The notes: generated by a model not told the origin, from the sequence alone. Counted from the first letter of the stretch, positions 29,091 through 39,993 are shown. The stretch is DNA of 64,000 nt from Candidatus Omnitrophota bacterium (GCA_043803685.1 JAZDJU010000005.1:1-64000), one strand, 5' to 3'. Program-made: numbers and translations.

Positions 29091-31457
29091 ATGAAACTGA
29101 CAAAGATCGATCTTATCAATATTTTGGCATTGGCAGGCCTGATCGCGGTTTTCTATCCCGCGCTCATGGTCGCCCGGGAAGCTTCTCTCATGGGGGACCA
29201 TTGGGAGCAGCACTATCCCTGGGCGTTCCTGATGGCGCAATCGCTCAAGCAGGGAGTCTGGCCGTTCTGGACGCCGCTGATCCAATGCGGATTTCCGATC
29301 GTCGCCGAGAGCCAGATCGGACTCTTTTACCTCCCCAATCTTTTGCTCTACACGTTGTTTCCCATCCAGTGGGCATACGCCTACATGAATGTGATCCATT
29401 TTTTCATTTCCGGAACGGGGACGTACGTCTATTGCCGCCGGATGGGTCTTTCACCGGTCGGGGCCTTAACCGCTGGGATCGTGTTTCTCTTTGGGACGGG
29501 ATACGGCGGTGCCTATTACAACATTACATCGCTGAAGACTCTTGCTTGGTTCCCGTGGGTTCTTTGGGCTTTTGAGGAGTTCCGGAGTTCCTTTCAGAGG
29601 CGGTATGTTCTGTTCGCGGCGGGGCTCATGTCTCTGTCCATTCTGGCGGGTTACTTGCAGGTGGCCGCGTTGATGCTCCTGATTTGTGCGGTTTATTTTC
29701 TGTTTCGCGTCTTTGCTTACAATGAACCGGACGTGACCGTAGGGCAGCGTCTCAAAGCTTGTGGGGGAATGGTGCTTGCGGCTTTGGGTGCGATAGTTAT
29801 TTCCATGCCCCAGCTTCTGCTGAGCGCGGAACTGGCCTCGTTCTCCAATCGCGTCAATCTTTCAGAAGGTTATGCCTATGTCGGGTCCTTGTCGCCGCTC
29901 GCTTTTCTAACGATCCTTTTCCCGAAGCTCCAGGGGATCTTTCGTGGGAATTGTCTCTATTCGGGGATCTTTGCCATCTATTTTATTTTCGCGGCCTTTT
30001 TCGCGGCGAATAAGTTACTTCGCCGGACGCTTTGGCTGTGGGCCATGCTCGGACTCGTGGCGCTCCTTTTAGCACTTGGCGGATGGAGTCCGCTTTATGT
30101 CGCGCTGATCAAACTGAGCCATTTTTATTCCTTCCGGGTCCCGGCGAAATTCCTGATCTTTTTTTGTTTTGCCGCGGCCGTTTTGGCGGGGCTGGGCGTT
30201 CACGTTTGGCGGGAAGAGTTGGTGAAGAACGGGGAGCGTTTGCGGGCGCTTAATCAAGCCTATTTGACTTTCATCGCCGGAGTGCTTGCCCTCTGGGGGA
30301 TCGTCTATTTCTTTGTCACGGCCGGACTTTCCGTGGCGCTACAGATGGGGAATTGGGTGGTCACGCATTTTATCTATGGAAAGGCGGGCCATCCGCGAAC
30401 GTTGGAATCCTACCGGGAGGCGGTTGTCGGGATAGCCGACGCGATCCGGGACCTTTTGTCGATCCATAATCCCTGGCAGGCTTGCGCGATCGTCCTGATC
30501 GTGATCAGCTGTTTTTGGAGCCTTTTTTCGCGGAAGGTCGTCGCAAAGTCTCGGGGAGCTGCTTTTGCTCTGACGGTTGCGTTGATGATCCTGGTCGCGG
30601 ATCTTTATGTGTTCGCCGCGGCGGATGTGAAAAGGGATTTTGATACTTACCAGAACGTGCTCAAACCGAACCGGATCGTGGAAATCTTGCTCGCCGAGAA
30701 AGCGGCCGGGAAGCTGGGGCGCATTTACGGTTACCGGAAAGAGACCGAAACGCTCCCCTTGGTCCCGTCGGTGAACATGATCTACGGGATCGAAGACATC
30801 GGGGGCTATTCGCCCTTCATCATGAGCCGCTATTTCGAGACCCTCGGGCAGTTCGGCAACGTCAACGACTCGAACCAGATGCAGGAGCCCGAACTTTCTT
30901 TTGTTTTGGAGCGGCTGCCGCTTTTAAGCGCGCTTGGCGTTTCGCATATTCTGTCGATCCGAGAGATGCAGCATCCGTCGCTTGAGTTTCTTGCCCGGGA
31001 TCCCGAGACAGGTGCTTTTCTCTACCGGAACCGGTCGGACCTTTCTCGTGCGCATTTCATATCCTCGCCTGTGACTTTTTTCGACTGGCCGAGCCTGAAA
31101 AAAACGTTCATGGCACCCGGCTTTGATCCGGGAAAAGTTCTTTTACTGGAAGGTCGTGACAAAGACAGGCTTCGCAACGTTCCGCAAGATCCGAGCTCCA
31201 GGATGGTTCGTCTTGTTCAGGCTATCACATCGTCCGATCGGGAGAATTATTCCGTGGAAACGACGGGGCCAGGTTTTCTCGTCTTGATGAGCGTGATGTA
31301 TCCCGGATGGGAGGCGACGGTGGATGGACAAAAGATTCCGATCATTTCGGCTTATGGACTGTTTCGAGCTGTTTGGATCCCCGGTGCGGGGAAGCATTTC
31401 GTGGAATTTAGTTATCATCCTTATCACAAGCTCAAATGGCCTGGTTCGAAGGGGTAA
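29091..31457 (+). CDS. YfhO-family GT-C membrane protein
   Basis: GDHWEQHYP, PFWTP..GFP, FRVPAKF, C-terminal YPGWEATVDG..FRAV..G.H.VEFSY. Confidence 0.85.
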   Translation: MKLTKIDLINILALAGLIAVFYPALMVAREASLMGDHWEQHYPWAFLMAQSLKQGVWPFWTPLIQCGFPIVAESQIGLFYLPNLLLYTLFPIQWAYAYMNVIHFFISGTGTYVYCRRMGLSPVGALTAGIVFLFGTGYGGAYYNITSLKTLAWFPWVLWAFEEFRSSFQRRYVLFAAGLMSLSILAGYLQVAALMLLICAVYFLFRVFAYNEPDVTVGQRLKACGGMVLAALGAIVISMPQLLLSAELASFSNRVNLSEGYAYVGSLSPLAFLTILFPKLQGIFRGNCLYSGIFAIYFIFAAFFAANKLLRRTLWLWAMLGLVALLLALGGWSPLYVALIKLSHFYSFRVPAKFLIFFCFAAAVLAGLGVHVWREELVKNGERLRALNQAYLTFIAGVLALWGIVYFFVTAGLSVALQMGNWVVTHFIYGKAGHPRTLESYREAVVGIADAIRDLLSIHNPWQACAIVLIVISCFWSLFSRKVVAKSRGAAFALTVALMILVADLYVFAAADVKRDFDTYQNVLKPNRIVEILLAEKAAGKLGRIYGYRKETETLPLVPSVNMIYGIEDIGGYSPFIMSRYFETLGQFGNVNDSNQMQEPELSFVLERLPLLSALGVSHILSIREMQHPSLEFLARDPETGAFLYRNRSDLSRAHFISSPVTFFDWPSLKKTFMAPGFDPGKVLLLEGRDKDRLRNVPQDPSSRMVRLVQAITSSDRENYSVETTGPGFLVLMSVMYPGWEATVDGQKIPIISAYGLFRAVWIPGAGKHFVEFSYHPYHKLKWPGSKG

Positions 31458-31462
31458 GCGGA

Positions 31463-31491
31463 TTGACCATGCCGAAGCCTTCCTGTATACT
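31463..31491 (+). promoter_or_regulatory. Putative internal sigma70 promoter
   Basis: TTGACC-17 bp-TATACT in the intergenic gap, 17 bp before ATG 31509. Confidence 0.55.
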
Positions 31492-31508
31492 GCCGCCACT
31501 TTGACCCT

Positions 31509-32945
31509 ATGAAAACCTATCTCCTCAATCCAACGATCGACAAGAGCGACCCGTACATCCGTGAGGGGCGTTGCATGCAAAAAGCCTCTTCCTGGGCCAC
31601 GATCTGGCCGCCGATCACCCTGGCCGTCCTCGCGAATCTGGCCAAGGAAAAGGGCTCCGTGCGTCTTGTGGACGGGAATGTCGAAGACCTGAGTATCGAG
31701 GAGCTCTTTGAGGACATCAAGGATTTTGGCCCGGATCTTCTGGTGATCAATACCGGTTTTCCTTCGATCGACGAGGACATGGCGGTCGCCAAAAAGATCA
31801 AAGAGAAGTTCCCGAAGGTCAAACTCGTGGCTTTTGGTGTCTTTTTTACGCTTCTGGAAGGGGAAGCGATGAAATCCTATCCCTTTCTCGATCTGGCCAT
31901 CCAGGGGGAGCCTGAGCAAACATTCCGTGAATTGCTGATCTCTCTTGAAAAGGGCGGAACGGGCCTCGAAGGTATTCCCGGTCTCATGCACCGGACCGGT
32001 GGGGAGCTGTTTGTGAACGCCAAACGGCCTCAGATCACGGACCTGGACACGATCCCGCGTCCTGCCCGCGAGTTTCTCAAGAATGACCGCTATCGCCTAC
32101 CTCATAACGATAATACTTTCACGCTGATCAATGTCGCAAGGGGATGTCCTTTCCCTTGCATCTATTGCATCGTTCACCCTTATTACGGTAATAAAGTCCG
32201 CAAACATTCTGTTTCGTACGTCATGACCGAGATCCGGGAATGTATCGAGAAACACGGCGTTCAGGAATTCCTCTTCTGGGAGGAAGTGTTCACGCTGGAT
32301 AAAAAGTACGCCATGGAACTGTGCCAGGCGATCCTTGATAATGGTTTTTCTTTTAAATGGGCCGCCACGACGCGCGTCGGGCTTTTGGATGAAGAACTTC
32401 TTACGATGATGAAAAAGGCCGGCTGTTATTTGCTGGGGCTTGGGATCGAGAGCGGTGTCCAGGAGATCCTGGACAATGCCAAGAAAAATCAGACCCTGGA
32501 CGATATCCGGAAAGCTGTCGCGCTTTGCAAGAAAGTTGGCATTCGTACCATGGGTCACTTTATCTTTGGACTTCCGGGGGAAACGCGCGAAACGGCGGAG
32601 CAGACCATCCAGTTTATGCTGAGCCTGCACCTCGATTACATGCAAAGTTATTGCGCGGTGCCGTATCCTAAAACAGAGTACGGCGCGCTCGCTAAGGAAA
32701 AAGGATGGGTGAAGCCGGTTCCGTGGTCGCAATATGACTTTGGAGGCACTTCGATCGTGAATATGGGGACTCTCACGCCGGAAGATGTCACTTATTTCCG
32801 GGAACGGGCGTTCAAGAAGTTCTATTATCGTCCGCTCTATTTACTCGGCAAGATCCGGGAATTTTCGCTCCACCAGCTTTTCACACTTTCCAAATTCACG
32901 CGCTGGATGAAGTCCCGAAGAAAGAAAAGAAAGGTCGCGGTCTGA
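31509..32945 (+). CDS. B12-binding radical SAM protein
   Basis: N-terminal cobalamin-binding domain (WPP, GEPE), RGCPFPCIYC, GIESG, FIFGLPGET. Confidence 0.92.
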   Translation: MKTYLLNPTIDKSDPYIREGRCMQKASSWATIWPPITLAVLANLAKEKGSVRLVDGNVEDLSIEELFEDIKDFGPDLLVINTGFPSIDEDMAVAKKIKEKFPKVKLVAFGVFFTLLEGEAMKSYPFLDLAIQGEPEQTFRELLISLEKGGTGLEGIPGLMHRTGGELFVNAKRPQITDLDTIPRPAREFLKNDRYRLPHNDNTFTLINVARGCPFPCIYCIVHPYYGNKVRKHSVSYVMTEIRECIEKHGVQEFLFWEEVFTLDKKYAMELCQAILDNGFSFKWAATTRVGLLDEELLTMMKKAGCYLLGLGIESGVQEILDNAKKNQTLDDIRKAVALCKKVGIRTMGHFIFGLPGETRETAEQTIQFMLSLHLDYMQSYCAVPYPKTEYGALAKEKGWVKPVPWSQYDFGGTSIVNMGTLTPEDVTYFRERAFKKFYYRPLYLLGKIREFSLHQLFTLSKFTRWMKSRRKKRKVAV

Positions 32946-32946
32946 T

Positions 32947-34098
32947 ATGGAAGTCAGCGTTATTATTCCTTGTCTCAACGAATCACGTACCCTCGCGACG
33001 TGTATCAAGAAAGCCTTGCAGGGCATTCGAGCTGTCGGAGCGGAAGGGGAAGTGGTGGTGATCGATAATGGCTCGACCGACAATTCCCGCGAGATCGCCA
33101 AGGCTGAAGGCGCGCGTGTGGTCCAGGAGGAGGTCAAGGGCTACGGGAGCGCTCTCCGGCGGGGCATCCTCGAAGCGCGAGGCACTTATGTCATTATGGC
33201 GGACGCCGACGATACCTACGATTTTCTTCAAGCCGGAAAATTCATTGAGCTTCTTCGCGGTGGCGCGGAGTTCGTGATGGGAAACCGGTTCGGCGGGAAG
33301 ATCTATCCCAAAGCCATGCCGCACTTGCACCGCTGGTTCGGAACGCCCGTGCTGACATTTATTCTGCGGCTCTTTTTTAAAGCGCCGATCTCCGATGTGA
33401 ATTGTGGGATGCGCGGTTTCCGCAAGGACGCCGTGGAACGCCTGGGGCTGCGCTGTACCGGCATGGAATTCGCCTCCGAGATGCTCATCAAGGCGAGCAT
33501 GGAGAAGCTGAAGATCCAGGAGACGCCGATCGATCTTCACGCGGGACCCCCGGACCGCAAGCCGCATCTCCGCTCCTTCAGGGACGGCTGGCGTCATCTG
33601 CGTGTCATGCTGGCGCTTTGTCCTAAATATCTTTTTGTTTATCCCGGATCGATCCTGAGTTTGTTGGGACTTTTGCTGCTTGTGGCGGTGCATATCCCCG
33701 GCTTTAAAGTGTTCGGAATGTCGCTCGGGATCTCTTCGGCGGCTTTCTCGAGCGCGCTATTCTTTATGGGGATCCAGATCGCTCTCTTTGGCGTTTACTC
33801 CATCGCTCTTAATCATGCCAATGGCATTCTTAAGGAGGACCGGATCACGCGTTTCTTCAAAACCACGTTCACGTTGGAACGAGGGCTTGTCCTTGGGGGG
33901 ATCATTTTGGCGGCGGGTCTCGTGATGGGGATCACCACGATCGGTCTTATTTTTACCTACGCGCACAATCTTTCCTACGTCGATATTCCGCTTGCCCGTT
34001 TGGCCATTCTCTCGATCTTTGTGACCATGATCGGGATCCAGGTCGTCTTCTCGTCGTTTTTTATCAGTCTCGTCAATATCCGTGAAATGCTCAAATAG
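32947..34098 (+). CDS. GT2, polyprenyl-phosphate glycosyltransferase type with C-terminal TM domain
   Basis: IIPCLNE, DNGSTD, DADDTY, GMEFASEM, RDGWRHL, about 4 C-terminal TMs. Confidence 0.9.
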   Translation: MEVSVIIPCLNESRTLATCIKKALQGIRAVGAEGEVVVIDNGSTDNSREIAKAEGARVVQEEVKGYGSALRRGILEARGTYVIMADADDTYDFLQAGKFIELLRGGAEFVMGNRFGGKIYPKAMPHLHRWFGTPVLTFILRLFFKAPISDVNCGMRGFRKDAVERLGLRCTGMEFASEMLIKASMEKLKIQETPIDLHAGPPDRKPHLRSFRDGWRHLRVMLALCPKYLFVYPGSILSLLGLLLLVAVHIPGFKVFGMSLGISSAAFSSALFFMGIQIALFGVYSIALNHANGILKEDRITRFFKTTFTLERGLVLGGIILAAGLVMGITTIGLIFTYAHNLSYVDIPLARLAILSIFVTMIGIQVVFSSFFISLVNIREMLK

Positions 34099-34109
34099 CG
34101 ACGGTTCTT

Positions 34110-35975
34110 ATGGGATTTGAGCTCCTGCGCACCTTTGCCGCATGGATCGTGATCCTGCCTTCCGCTTTCCTCGCCGGGACTTTTTTTGACCGACTCATTC
34201 GCACGGACGATTCGTTGCTTTGCGGATTTCTGCGCTACGCCCTTGGATTGGCGACCCTGTCCTATGGCGTTGTGGCGCTAGGCGCCGTGCACGGGCTAGC
34301 GCCCTTCAGCCTCTGGGCGCTGCTTTTTCTGCCGATCCTCCTCCGCATCCATAAATTAAGGGAATGGTCTCAATGGTTCAAGGACCTGGTCGGGGACCTT
34401 TTTCCTCCCGCGGGAATGTTGAATCGGGTTCTTTTTGTGATCTTCGCTGTTTCCTTTCTGTGCCTTCTTGCCGGAACGCTCACGCCGGAACTTGGCGGGG
34501 ATGCCCTTTGCTACCAGTTGAATCTTCCCAAGGTTTTTCTTCGGCAGGGGACGCTCACGCCGGATCCGCTTGATTACAATTCTTTTTTTCCTCTTTTGAT
34601 GAACAATCTGTTCTTGATCGGTCTCGCGACAGGCGGGGTTTTCGCAGCGAAGCTGTTCCACTTCTTTTTTGGCGTTCTTCTCCTCGCGGCGATGGTCCGT
34701 GTTCTGAAAGATGAAACCCGGAATTACGCGCTGTCCCTTTTCATCGCCCTTGTGGTTTGGACGACGCCGACGGTTTACAATCTGCTGTCCACCGCGTATA
34801 TCGACGTGGCCCTGACTTTCTATACCTTCATGGCCGTTGTGGTCTTTGTCCGGGCCTTGGAGGCGGGAAGTCCTCGGGGGCTTTTTACGAGCGGACTCTT
34901 GATCGGGTGCGGCATGTCCATAAAATATCTCTGCGGTATTTCCGCGGTCGCTCTGTTCTGTGTCTGGCTCTATAGCCTGGCCGGCACCCGGCGTTTTCGG
35001 TTCCATTTCAGGGGCGCCTTTTTTTTTGGTTTGGGAGTGTTGGCGGTGGCCGGCTACTGGCTCGTTCGTAATGGACTCGTGACAGGGAATCCCTTTTTTC
35101 CATACTGGGGGAAATTCTTTGGCGTCGAAAGTCGTCCCATGCCCGATTTTTCATCGATCTTCGGCTACGGCACATCCTTTTTCCATTTTCTCTCGCTGTA
35201 TTTTAACATGTTCTATTCTCCGAACGATTTCGGGACTTTTTCCGGTCGTATCGGTATATTTTATTTTCTGTTCCTGCCTTTTATCGTTCTGGGAGCGATC
35301 TTTGTCCCGCGTTCACGGCCCTACGGTATCTTCTGGCTGAGTTTCACGGCGGTGATCTTTTTTATGGCCCAGGCTGATCGTTGGATGCTTCCTGTGTTGC
35401 CGGTGATGGCGCTTACCGCAGGTCTTGGGATCCACGGTTTGTACGGTTATGGCTCGGGGGCGTTCAAAAAGATCCTGAAATTTGCAGGAGCAGGAACCGC
35501 GATCACTATCCTTCTTGTCTATATGGCGGCCGGTGTTTATCATTACCGCTATGCCTATTTGCTTTTCACCAGTAAATGGTCTCCGAAAGATTATCTGTCT
35601 TCCCTGGAACGGACGACGGGTGTTGCTCAGTGGATCAATCAAAATCTGCCAGCCGATGCCCGGCTCCTTGTCGAGGGTGAGACGCGAATCTTTTATTTCG
35701 ACCGGCCGGTCGTACGTCAGACCTTTTTGGCGTGGCATGAAAAAGACACCGGCCATTTGCTTGATCCGGAAACGTTCTTGAACGTTCTCAGACGGCAAAA
35801 AGTGACACACGTTCTTATTCGCCAGCCGGTGGGGGATAGCGCGGACTTTTCGGAGGTTTCGCCCGAGGTGAAGAACCTTTTGAGATCGCGCCAGGTCCGG
35901 CAGATCTATTCCGGTGAATCTCAGAACATTCGTGAAGCTCGTTATCAGTACTCGATATTCCAACTTCTTTCTTAA
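34110..35975 (+). CDS. GT-C-type membrane protein (ArnT/DUF1420-like)
   Basis: GDALCYQL, AYIDVA, SIKY, RNGLVTGNPFFP, RWMLP. Confidence 0.7.
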   Translation: MGFELLRTFAAWIVILPSAFLAGTFFDRLIRTDDSLLCGFLRYALGLATLSYGVVALGAVHGLAPFSLWALLFLPILLRIHKLREWSQWFKDLVGDLFPPAGMLNRVLFVIFAVSFLCLLAGTLTPELGGDALCYQLNLPKVFLRQGTLTPDPLDYNSFFPLLMNNLFLIGLATGGVFAAKLFHFFFGVLLLAAMVRVLKDETRNYALSLFIALVVWTTPTVYNLLSTAYIDVALTFYTFMAVVVFVRALEAGSPRGLFTSGLLIGCGMSIKYLCGISAVALFCVWLYSLAGTRRFRFHFRGAFFFGLGVLAVAGYWLVRNGLVTGNPFFPYWGKFFGVESRPMPDFSSIFGYGTSFFHFLSLYFNMFYSPNDFGTFSGRIGIFYFLFLPFIVLGAIFVPRSRPYGIFWLSFTAVIFFMAQADRWMLPVLPVMALTAGLGIHGLYGYGSGAFKKILKFAGAGTAITILLVYMAAGVYHYRYAYLLFTSKWSPKDYLSSLERTTGVAQWINQNLPADARLLVEGETRIFYFDRPVVRQTFLAWHEKDTGHLLDPETFLNVLRRQKVTHVLIRQPVGDSADFSEVSPEVKNLLRSRQVRQIYSGESQNIREARYQYSIFQLLS

Positions 35976-35986
35976 GGTTGATCCCT

Positions 35987-36898
35987 ATGTCTACTTCCAC
36001 GCGTGACCCGAAGCTGATGGCTCTTACGAAGTGCCCGTTGTGTCACGGCGCTAGACGCAAGCGGCTTTTTGTGCTCGATCAGTACGACGTTTACGAATGT
36101 TCCGGCTGCCGCTTGAGGTACATCGATCCTTGCCTTTCGCCCGAGGGGACCCGGTATTATTATTCCTCCGAGGAAACGCTGATGGAGCTGAACGCGTTTC
36201 ATAGCTCCTATTACGATTTTGGGGATCCAAACGCGAATTCCAAAACAGTCCGCGATTTTACGCGGACTCTCAAGGCCCTTGAAAAGGACCTTCGGGATGG
36301 AGATCGGAAGATCTTTGATGTCGGTTGCGGTAATGGTCTTTTTCTCGCGGTCGCGAAAAAACGGGGATGGAAGGTTTCGGGCTGTGAGCCGAGCGAGAGT
36401 AACGTAGTGTTGGCGAAGTCGAAATTTGGGGTGGATATCCACTGCGCTGACTTTGATGTTTTTGTTCCAACCGATGAAAAATATGATGTGATCTCGTTTT
36501 GGGATGTCCTGGAGCATCTTGTGGAGCCGAGCGCATTTATCGACAAAGCCCGGGGCATGCTAAAATCCGGCGGAAGGATCGTGGTGGGGGGGCCGAACGA
36601 CCGGAGTTTCCTCAGGATCCTGGCTTCCTGGATCTATGCCCTTACGGGCGGACGAGTGCGTGGCCCCTTGCAAAAGGCCTACCTTTTGGAGCATGTCACG
36701 TATTACACGAATGCTACGATGTCGAGACTTTTTGAAAAGCACGGTTTTGTTCCGGAATCCTCTCTTGTGTCTAGCACCGACAGCGCGAAATATCATCTGA
36801 CGCTTCCGGAAGCGCTCATGGCCAATTCGGTTTTGACGGTCGGAAAATGCCTGGGTCTTCAAAACCGGATGATCGCCGTATTCCGGGCGTGTGTTTAA
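35987..36898 (+). CDS. Class I SAM methyltransferase with N-terminal Zn ribbon
   Basis: CPLC..CSGC, FDVGCGNG, WDVLEHL. Confidence 0.88.
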   Translation: MSTSTRDPKLMALTKCPLCHGARRKRLFVLDQYDVYECSGCRLRYIDPCLSPEGTRYYYSSEETLMELNAFHSSYYDFGDPNANSKTVRDFTRTLKALEKDLRDGDRKIFDVGCGNGLFLAVAKKRGWKVSGCEPSESNVVLAKSKFGVDIHCADFDVFVPTDEKYDVISFWDVLEHLVEPSAFIDKARGMLKSGGRIVVGGPNDRSFLRILASWIYALTGGRVRGPLQKAYLLEHVTYYTNATMSRLFEKHGFVPESSLVSSTDSAKYHLTLPEALMANSVLTVGKCLGLQNRMIAVFRACV

Positions 36899-36926
36899 TT
36901 GACTTTTGCGGTCAAAACTCTAGAAT
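36899..36926 (+). promoter_or_regulatory. Putative internal sigma70 promoter
   Basis: TTGACT-16 bp-TAGAAT, 11 bp before ATG 36938. Confidence 0.5.
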
Positions 36927-36937
36927 GTGCGACTATT

Positions 36938-37642
36938 ATGAACATTGCTTACCGAGCTGCTCGTAAACTCTATTATCTGACCATCGGAAAAAGTCCCGTC
37001 TTGGACCGCTTTTTCCGTTATCGGGGGAACCCCCAGGACTATTGGGTCAAGCGAGGGGGGCAGACGTATTTCGAAGAGCAGGAGGCGGTCGAGGACCGCA
37101 CTCAGCGCAGTCAATTTATCGCCCAAGAGATCAAACAAATCTCTTTTGGTTCCTTGCTAGAGATCGGCTGCGGCTATAGCAAGCAACTGAAAAGCATGCA
37201 GTCTCCGGGGATGTCGTTCTTTGGCTGTGATTTCAGCCGGCCACAACTTTTAAAGGGCAAAGAATTCTTCCCGTCCATGGTCGGGCGCGTGGCCGAAGCC
37301 GATGCGGAGTTCCTGCCTTTCAAGGATAAATCGTTCGATGTGGTGATGTCTTCCGCGGTGATCCTGCACAATAAACATCCCAAGGCTAAGAGGATCATTG
37401 CTGAGATGATCCGTGTTTCCCGGAAATACCTGGTCCACAACGAGGATATGGACATCACTTTTTCACGGTACGGATACAATTTGACCAAGACCTACGCGGC
37501 CATGGGGTTCAAGATCGTTGCGTCGAAAGAGATTCCCTGTTCCCAAGACCCTGAGCACACGCAATTCACGATCGCGGAGATCTCGTCGCCGGGTCTCATC
37601 GTAAGGCCGGAAGAGGTTGCTCTCCGGTATCACAAAGACTAG
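36938..37642 (+). CDS. Class I SAM methyltransferase
   Basis: LLEIGCGY, GCDFS, LPFKDKSFDVV, EMIRVSRK. Confidence 0.85.
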   Translation: MNIAYRAARKLYYLTIGKSPVLDRFFRYRGNPQDYWVKRGGQTYFEEQEAVEDRTQRSQFIAQEIKQISFGSLLEIGCGYSKQLKSMQSPGMSFFGCDFSRPQLLKGKEFFPSMVGRVAEADAEFLPFKDKSFDVVMSSAVILHNKHPKAKRIIAEMIRVSRKYLVHNEDMDITFSRYGYNLTKTYAAMGFKIVASKEIPCSQDPEHTQFTIAEISSPGLIVRPEEVALRYHKD

Positions 37643-37646
37643 TTCC

Positions 37647-38408
37647 ATGAAGACGATCGTGGTCGTTCCGACCTACAATGAATCCCAGAATATCGTTGAG
37701 CTTGTTTCCACGATCCGCGCGGAATGCCGGAATTTCGATCTCCATATCCTCGTGGTGGATAGCGCCTCTCCGGACCGGACGGCGGACAAGGTCCGTGAAC
37801 TTCAAAAAAAAGATCCTCGGCTTTTCCTGTTCGAACAATCGGCCAAGCTCGGTCTGGGACGCGCCTATCTGGATGGGATGAACTGGGTCCTGAAGCAGGA
37901 CTATGATGCCCTGGTCACCATGGACGCGGATATGTCACACCATCCGAAATATCTCGTTCCCATGATCGAAGGGGTCCAAGACCATGATCTTGTGATCGGT
38001 TCGCGGTACATGAAGGGGGGCGGGCTTGAGAATTGGCCGGTCGCGCGCCAGTGCCTGAGTCGATTCGCGAATTGGTACGCGAGCACTTTGACAGGGCTTC
38101 CGTTCCATGACCTGACAAGCGGTTTTCAATGCTTTCGCACGACACTTTTGCGAAAGGTCCTCAGCCACAATATCCATACGGAAGGCTACGCTTTCTTAGT
38201 CGAGCTTAAATTTCTATCCATGGTCCAGGCGGCCCACTTCAAGGAGATCCCGATCATCTTTACGGACCGTACTCGGGGGACCTCCAAGATCTCCAAGCGC
38301 GTGATCCTGGAGTCCATGTTTTTTGTTCTCAGCTGTTTTTTCCGGCGCCACCTCGTTTGCCAGGCCCGCTCAGGTGCGCAATCCTCAAGGAGTTCCTTGC
38401 CGGAGTAG
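37647..38408 (+). CDS. Polyprenol-monophosphomannose synthase-like GT2
   Basis: VVPTYNE, DSASPD, KLGLGRAY, MDADMSH, DLTSGF, FTDRTRGTSK. Confidence 0.9.
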   Translation: MKTIVVVPTYNESQNIVELVSTIRAECRNFDLHILVVDSASPDRTADKVRELQKKDPRLFLFEQSAKLGLGRAYLDGMNWVLKQDYDALVTMDADMSHHPKYLVPMIEGVQDHDLVIGSRYMKGGGLENWPVARQCLSRFANWYASTLTGLPFHDLTSGFQCFRTTLLRKVLSHNIHTEGYAFLVELKFLSMVQAAHFKEIPIIFTDRTRGTSKISKRVILESMFFVLSCFFRRHLVCQARSGAQSSRSSLPE

Positions 38409-38436
38409 GTTCGCGGGCCCTTTCATGGAGACGGCA

Positions 38437-39993
38437 ATGCTGAAGTCTCGCGTTCGTATCCTCGTAGCAACGATCCTTTTGGCCTTCGTTCTCGGTATTC
38501 AGTTGATCGGGATCCAACGGCCTTTTTTGGGTCACTATGCGAGCTATCAGGGGACTGTGATGGCGTCGATCGCTCGCAATATGGTCCGCGAAAATTTTTC
38601 CGATATTTTTATGCCTAAGACCGACTCCATTCTCGAAGGACGCCGCTCTCTGCACTTGAATCAATATCCGCTCCCGTCTCTTTTGGCGGCGCGCGCGGTC
38701 AAGTTCCTCGGCGGGACGTATGAACTCTGGGGTCGCTTTCAGGCGATATTTTTTAACCTTCTTTCCGTTCTGCTCGTTTTCGGCATCGCGCGGCGTTTTT
38801 TCGACGAAAAGATCGCCTGGCTGAGCGCGGCTATTTATGCTCTGTCGCCTTTGACCGTTATCTACGGGCAAAGCTTTATGTCAGAATCCAGCTCGCTTTT
38901 CTTTTTCCTGGGTTCATTTTATCTTCTGATCGGACGCCAGGGATGCGGATGGGCTCAAGTCCTTCTGAGCGCCTTGTTTTTTTCGCTGGCGATCACCGGC
39001 CGGCTGCACTGGATACTGTTTTTCCCTTTATTCATTGTTCCTCTCTGGTGGGCGGGACCCGAGCAAAGGTCGCGGAAGTTGTTCTTTTTCGCCGTTCTTG
39101 CCTTGGCGCTTCCGGTGGCTTGGTATGCTCATACTTATTTTGCTTCTTTGAACACCCCGCATGTTCATACGAATCTTTTCTTGCAAATGGCGACGAGCCA
39201 GAAAGGATCGGCTTTCTGGTTCCGGCCGGAGCTTTACCGGGCGGTCGCGATCACTTTCGCGAAAAATATGTTCGCGGTGATAGCGCTTCCTTTCTTTTTA
39301 TTGGGTATTCCCAAAGCCCTACAGAGTCGGGAGGGAAGACTTTGCTTATGGGCGGGACTGGGTGTGGGAGCGGTCCTGATGTTCCTTTCCCCTGAGAAGT
39401 TGATCCATCACGACTTTTATTTGTACGCGATCTTTCCTTTTCTCGTGCCGGTCACGGCGCTTGGAGTTGTTGGAATGGCTGAGCGATTCCCTAAAAGGGC
39501 CATAGCCTTGATCGCCGCGTTTATGACGCTACTCGTGCTGGCTTCCGCGATTTTCTCCTCCCGAACGATTTTTACTGCGCCCGAGGATGAAAAGAGAATG
39601 TGGAAAATAGCCGAGCGTGTTCGAGAGATCACGCCTCCCGAAGCGCCGATCGTGATAGGGAGTGAGAATTCCGCGATCATTGTTTTCTACGCGGACCGTC
39701 CCGCTTGGAATCTTGCGGCAAGCGCTGTGGGAAAGAAAGACCGTTCCTATTTGAGCATGACCCGGTTTACCGGACGGGATAAAAACTCGCTGGAGAAATT
39801 TGAAAAGGCCCGCCAGAGTCCCGCGGATTGGCTGGAGTATCTCAGGACGCAGGGGGCGGCCTATTTTGTGGTGCCTGAGCCCGATGCGTTTGGAGGATTC
39901 CCGGATTTCTTGCCGTATGTGGCCGCTCGCTATAAGGATATTTCGGACAGTCCTAAGAATTACCACCTCTACGAACTAAAGAATCTCACCTAG
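38437..39993 (+). CDS. GT-C (ArnT/GT39-like) membrane glycosyltransferase
   Basis: ASIARN, QYPL, YGQSFMSE, HDFY, many TMs plus soluble C-terminal domain. Confidence 0.78.
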   Translation: MLKSRVRILVATILLAFVLGIQLIGIQRPFLGHYASYQGTVMASIARNMVRENFSDIFMPKTDSILEGRRSLHLNQYPLPSLLAARAVKFLGGTYELWGRFQAIFFNLLSVLLVFGIARRFFDEKIAWLSAAIYALSPLTVIYGQSFMSESSSLFFFLGSFYLLIGRQGCGWAQVLLSALFFSLAITGRLHWILFFPLFIVPLWWAGPEQRSRKLFFFAVLALALPVAWYAHTYFASLNTPHVHTNLFLQMATSQKGSAFWFRPELYRAVAITFAKNMFAVIALPFFLLGIPKALQSREGRLCLWAGLGVGAVLMFLSPEKLIHHDFYLYAIFPFLVPVTALGVVGMAERFPKRAIALIAAFMTLLVLASAIFSSRTIFTAPEDEKRMWKIAERVREITPPEAPIVIGSENSAIIVFYADRPAWNLAASAVGKKDRSYLSMTRFTGRDKNSLEKFEKARQSPADWLEYLRTQGAAYFVVPEPDAFGGFPDFLPYVAARYKDISDSPKNYHLYELKNLT

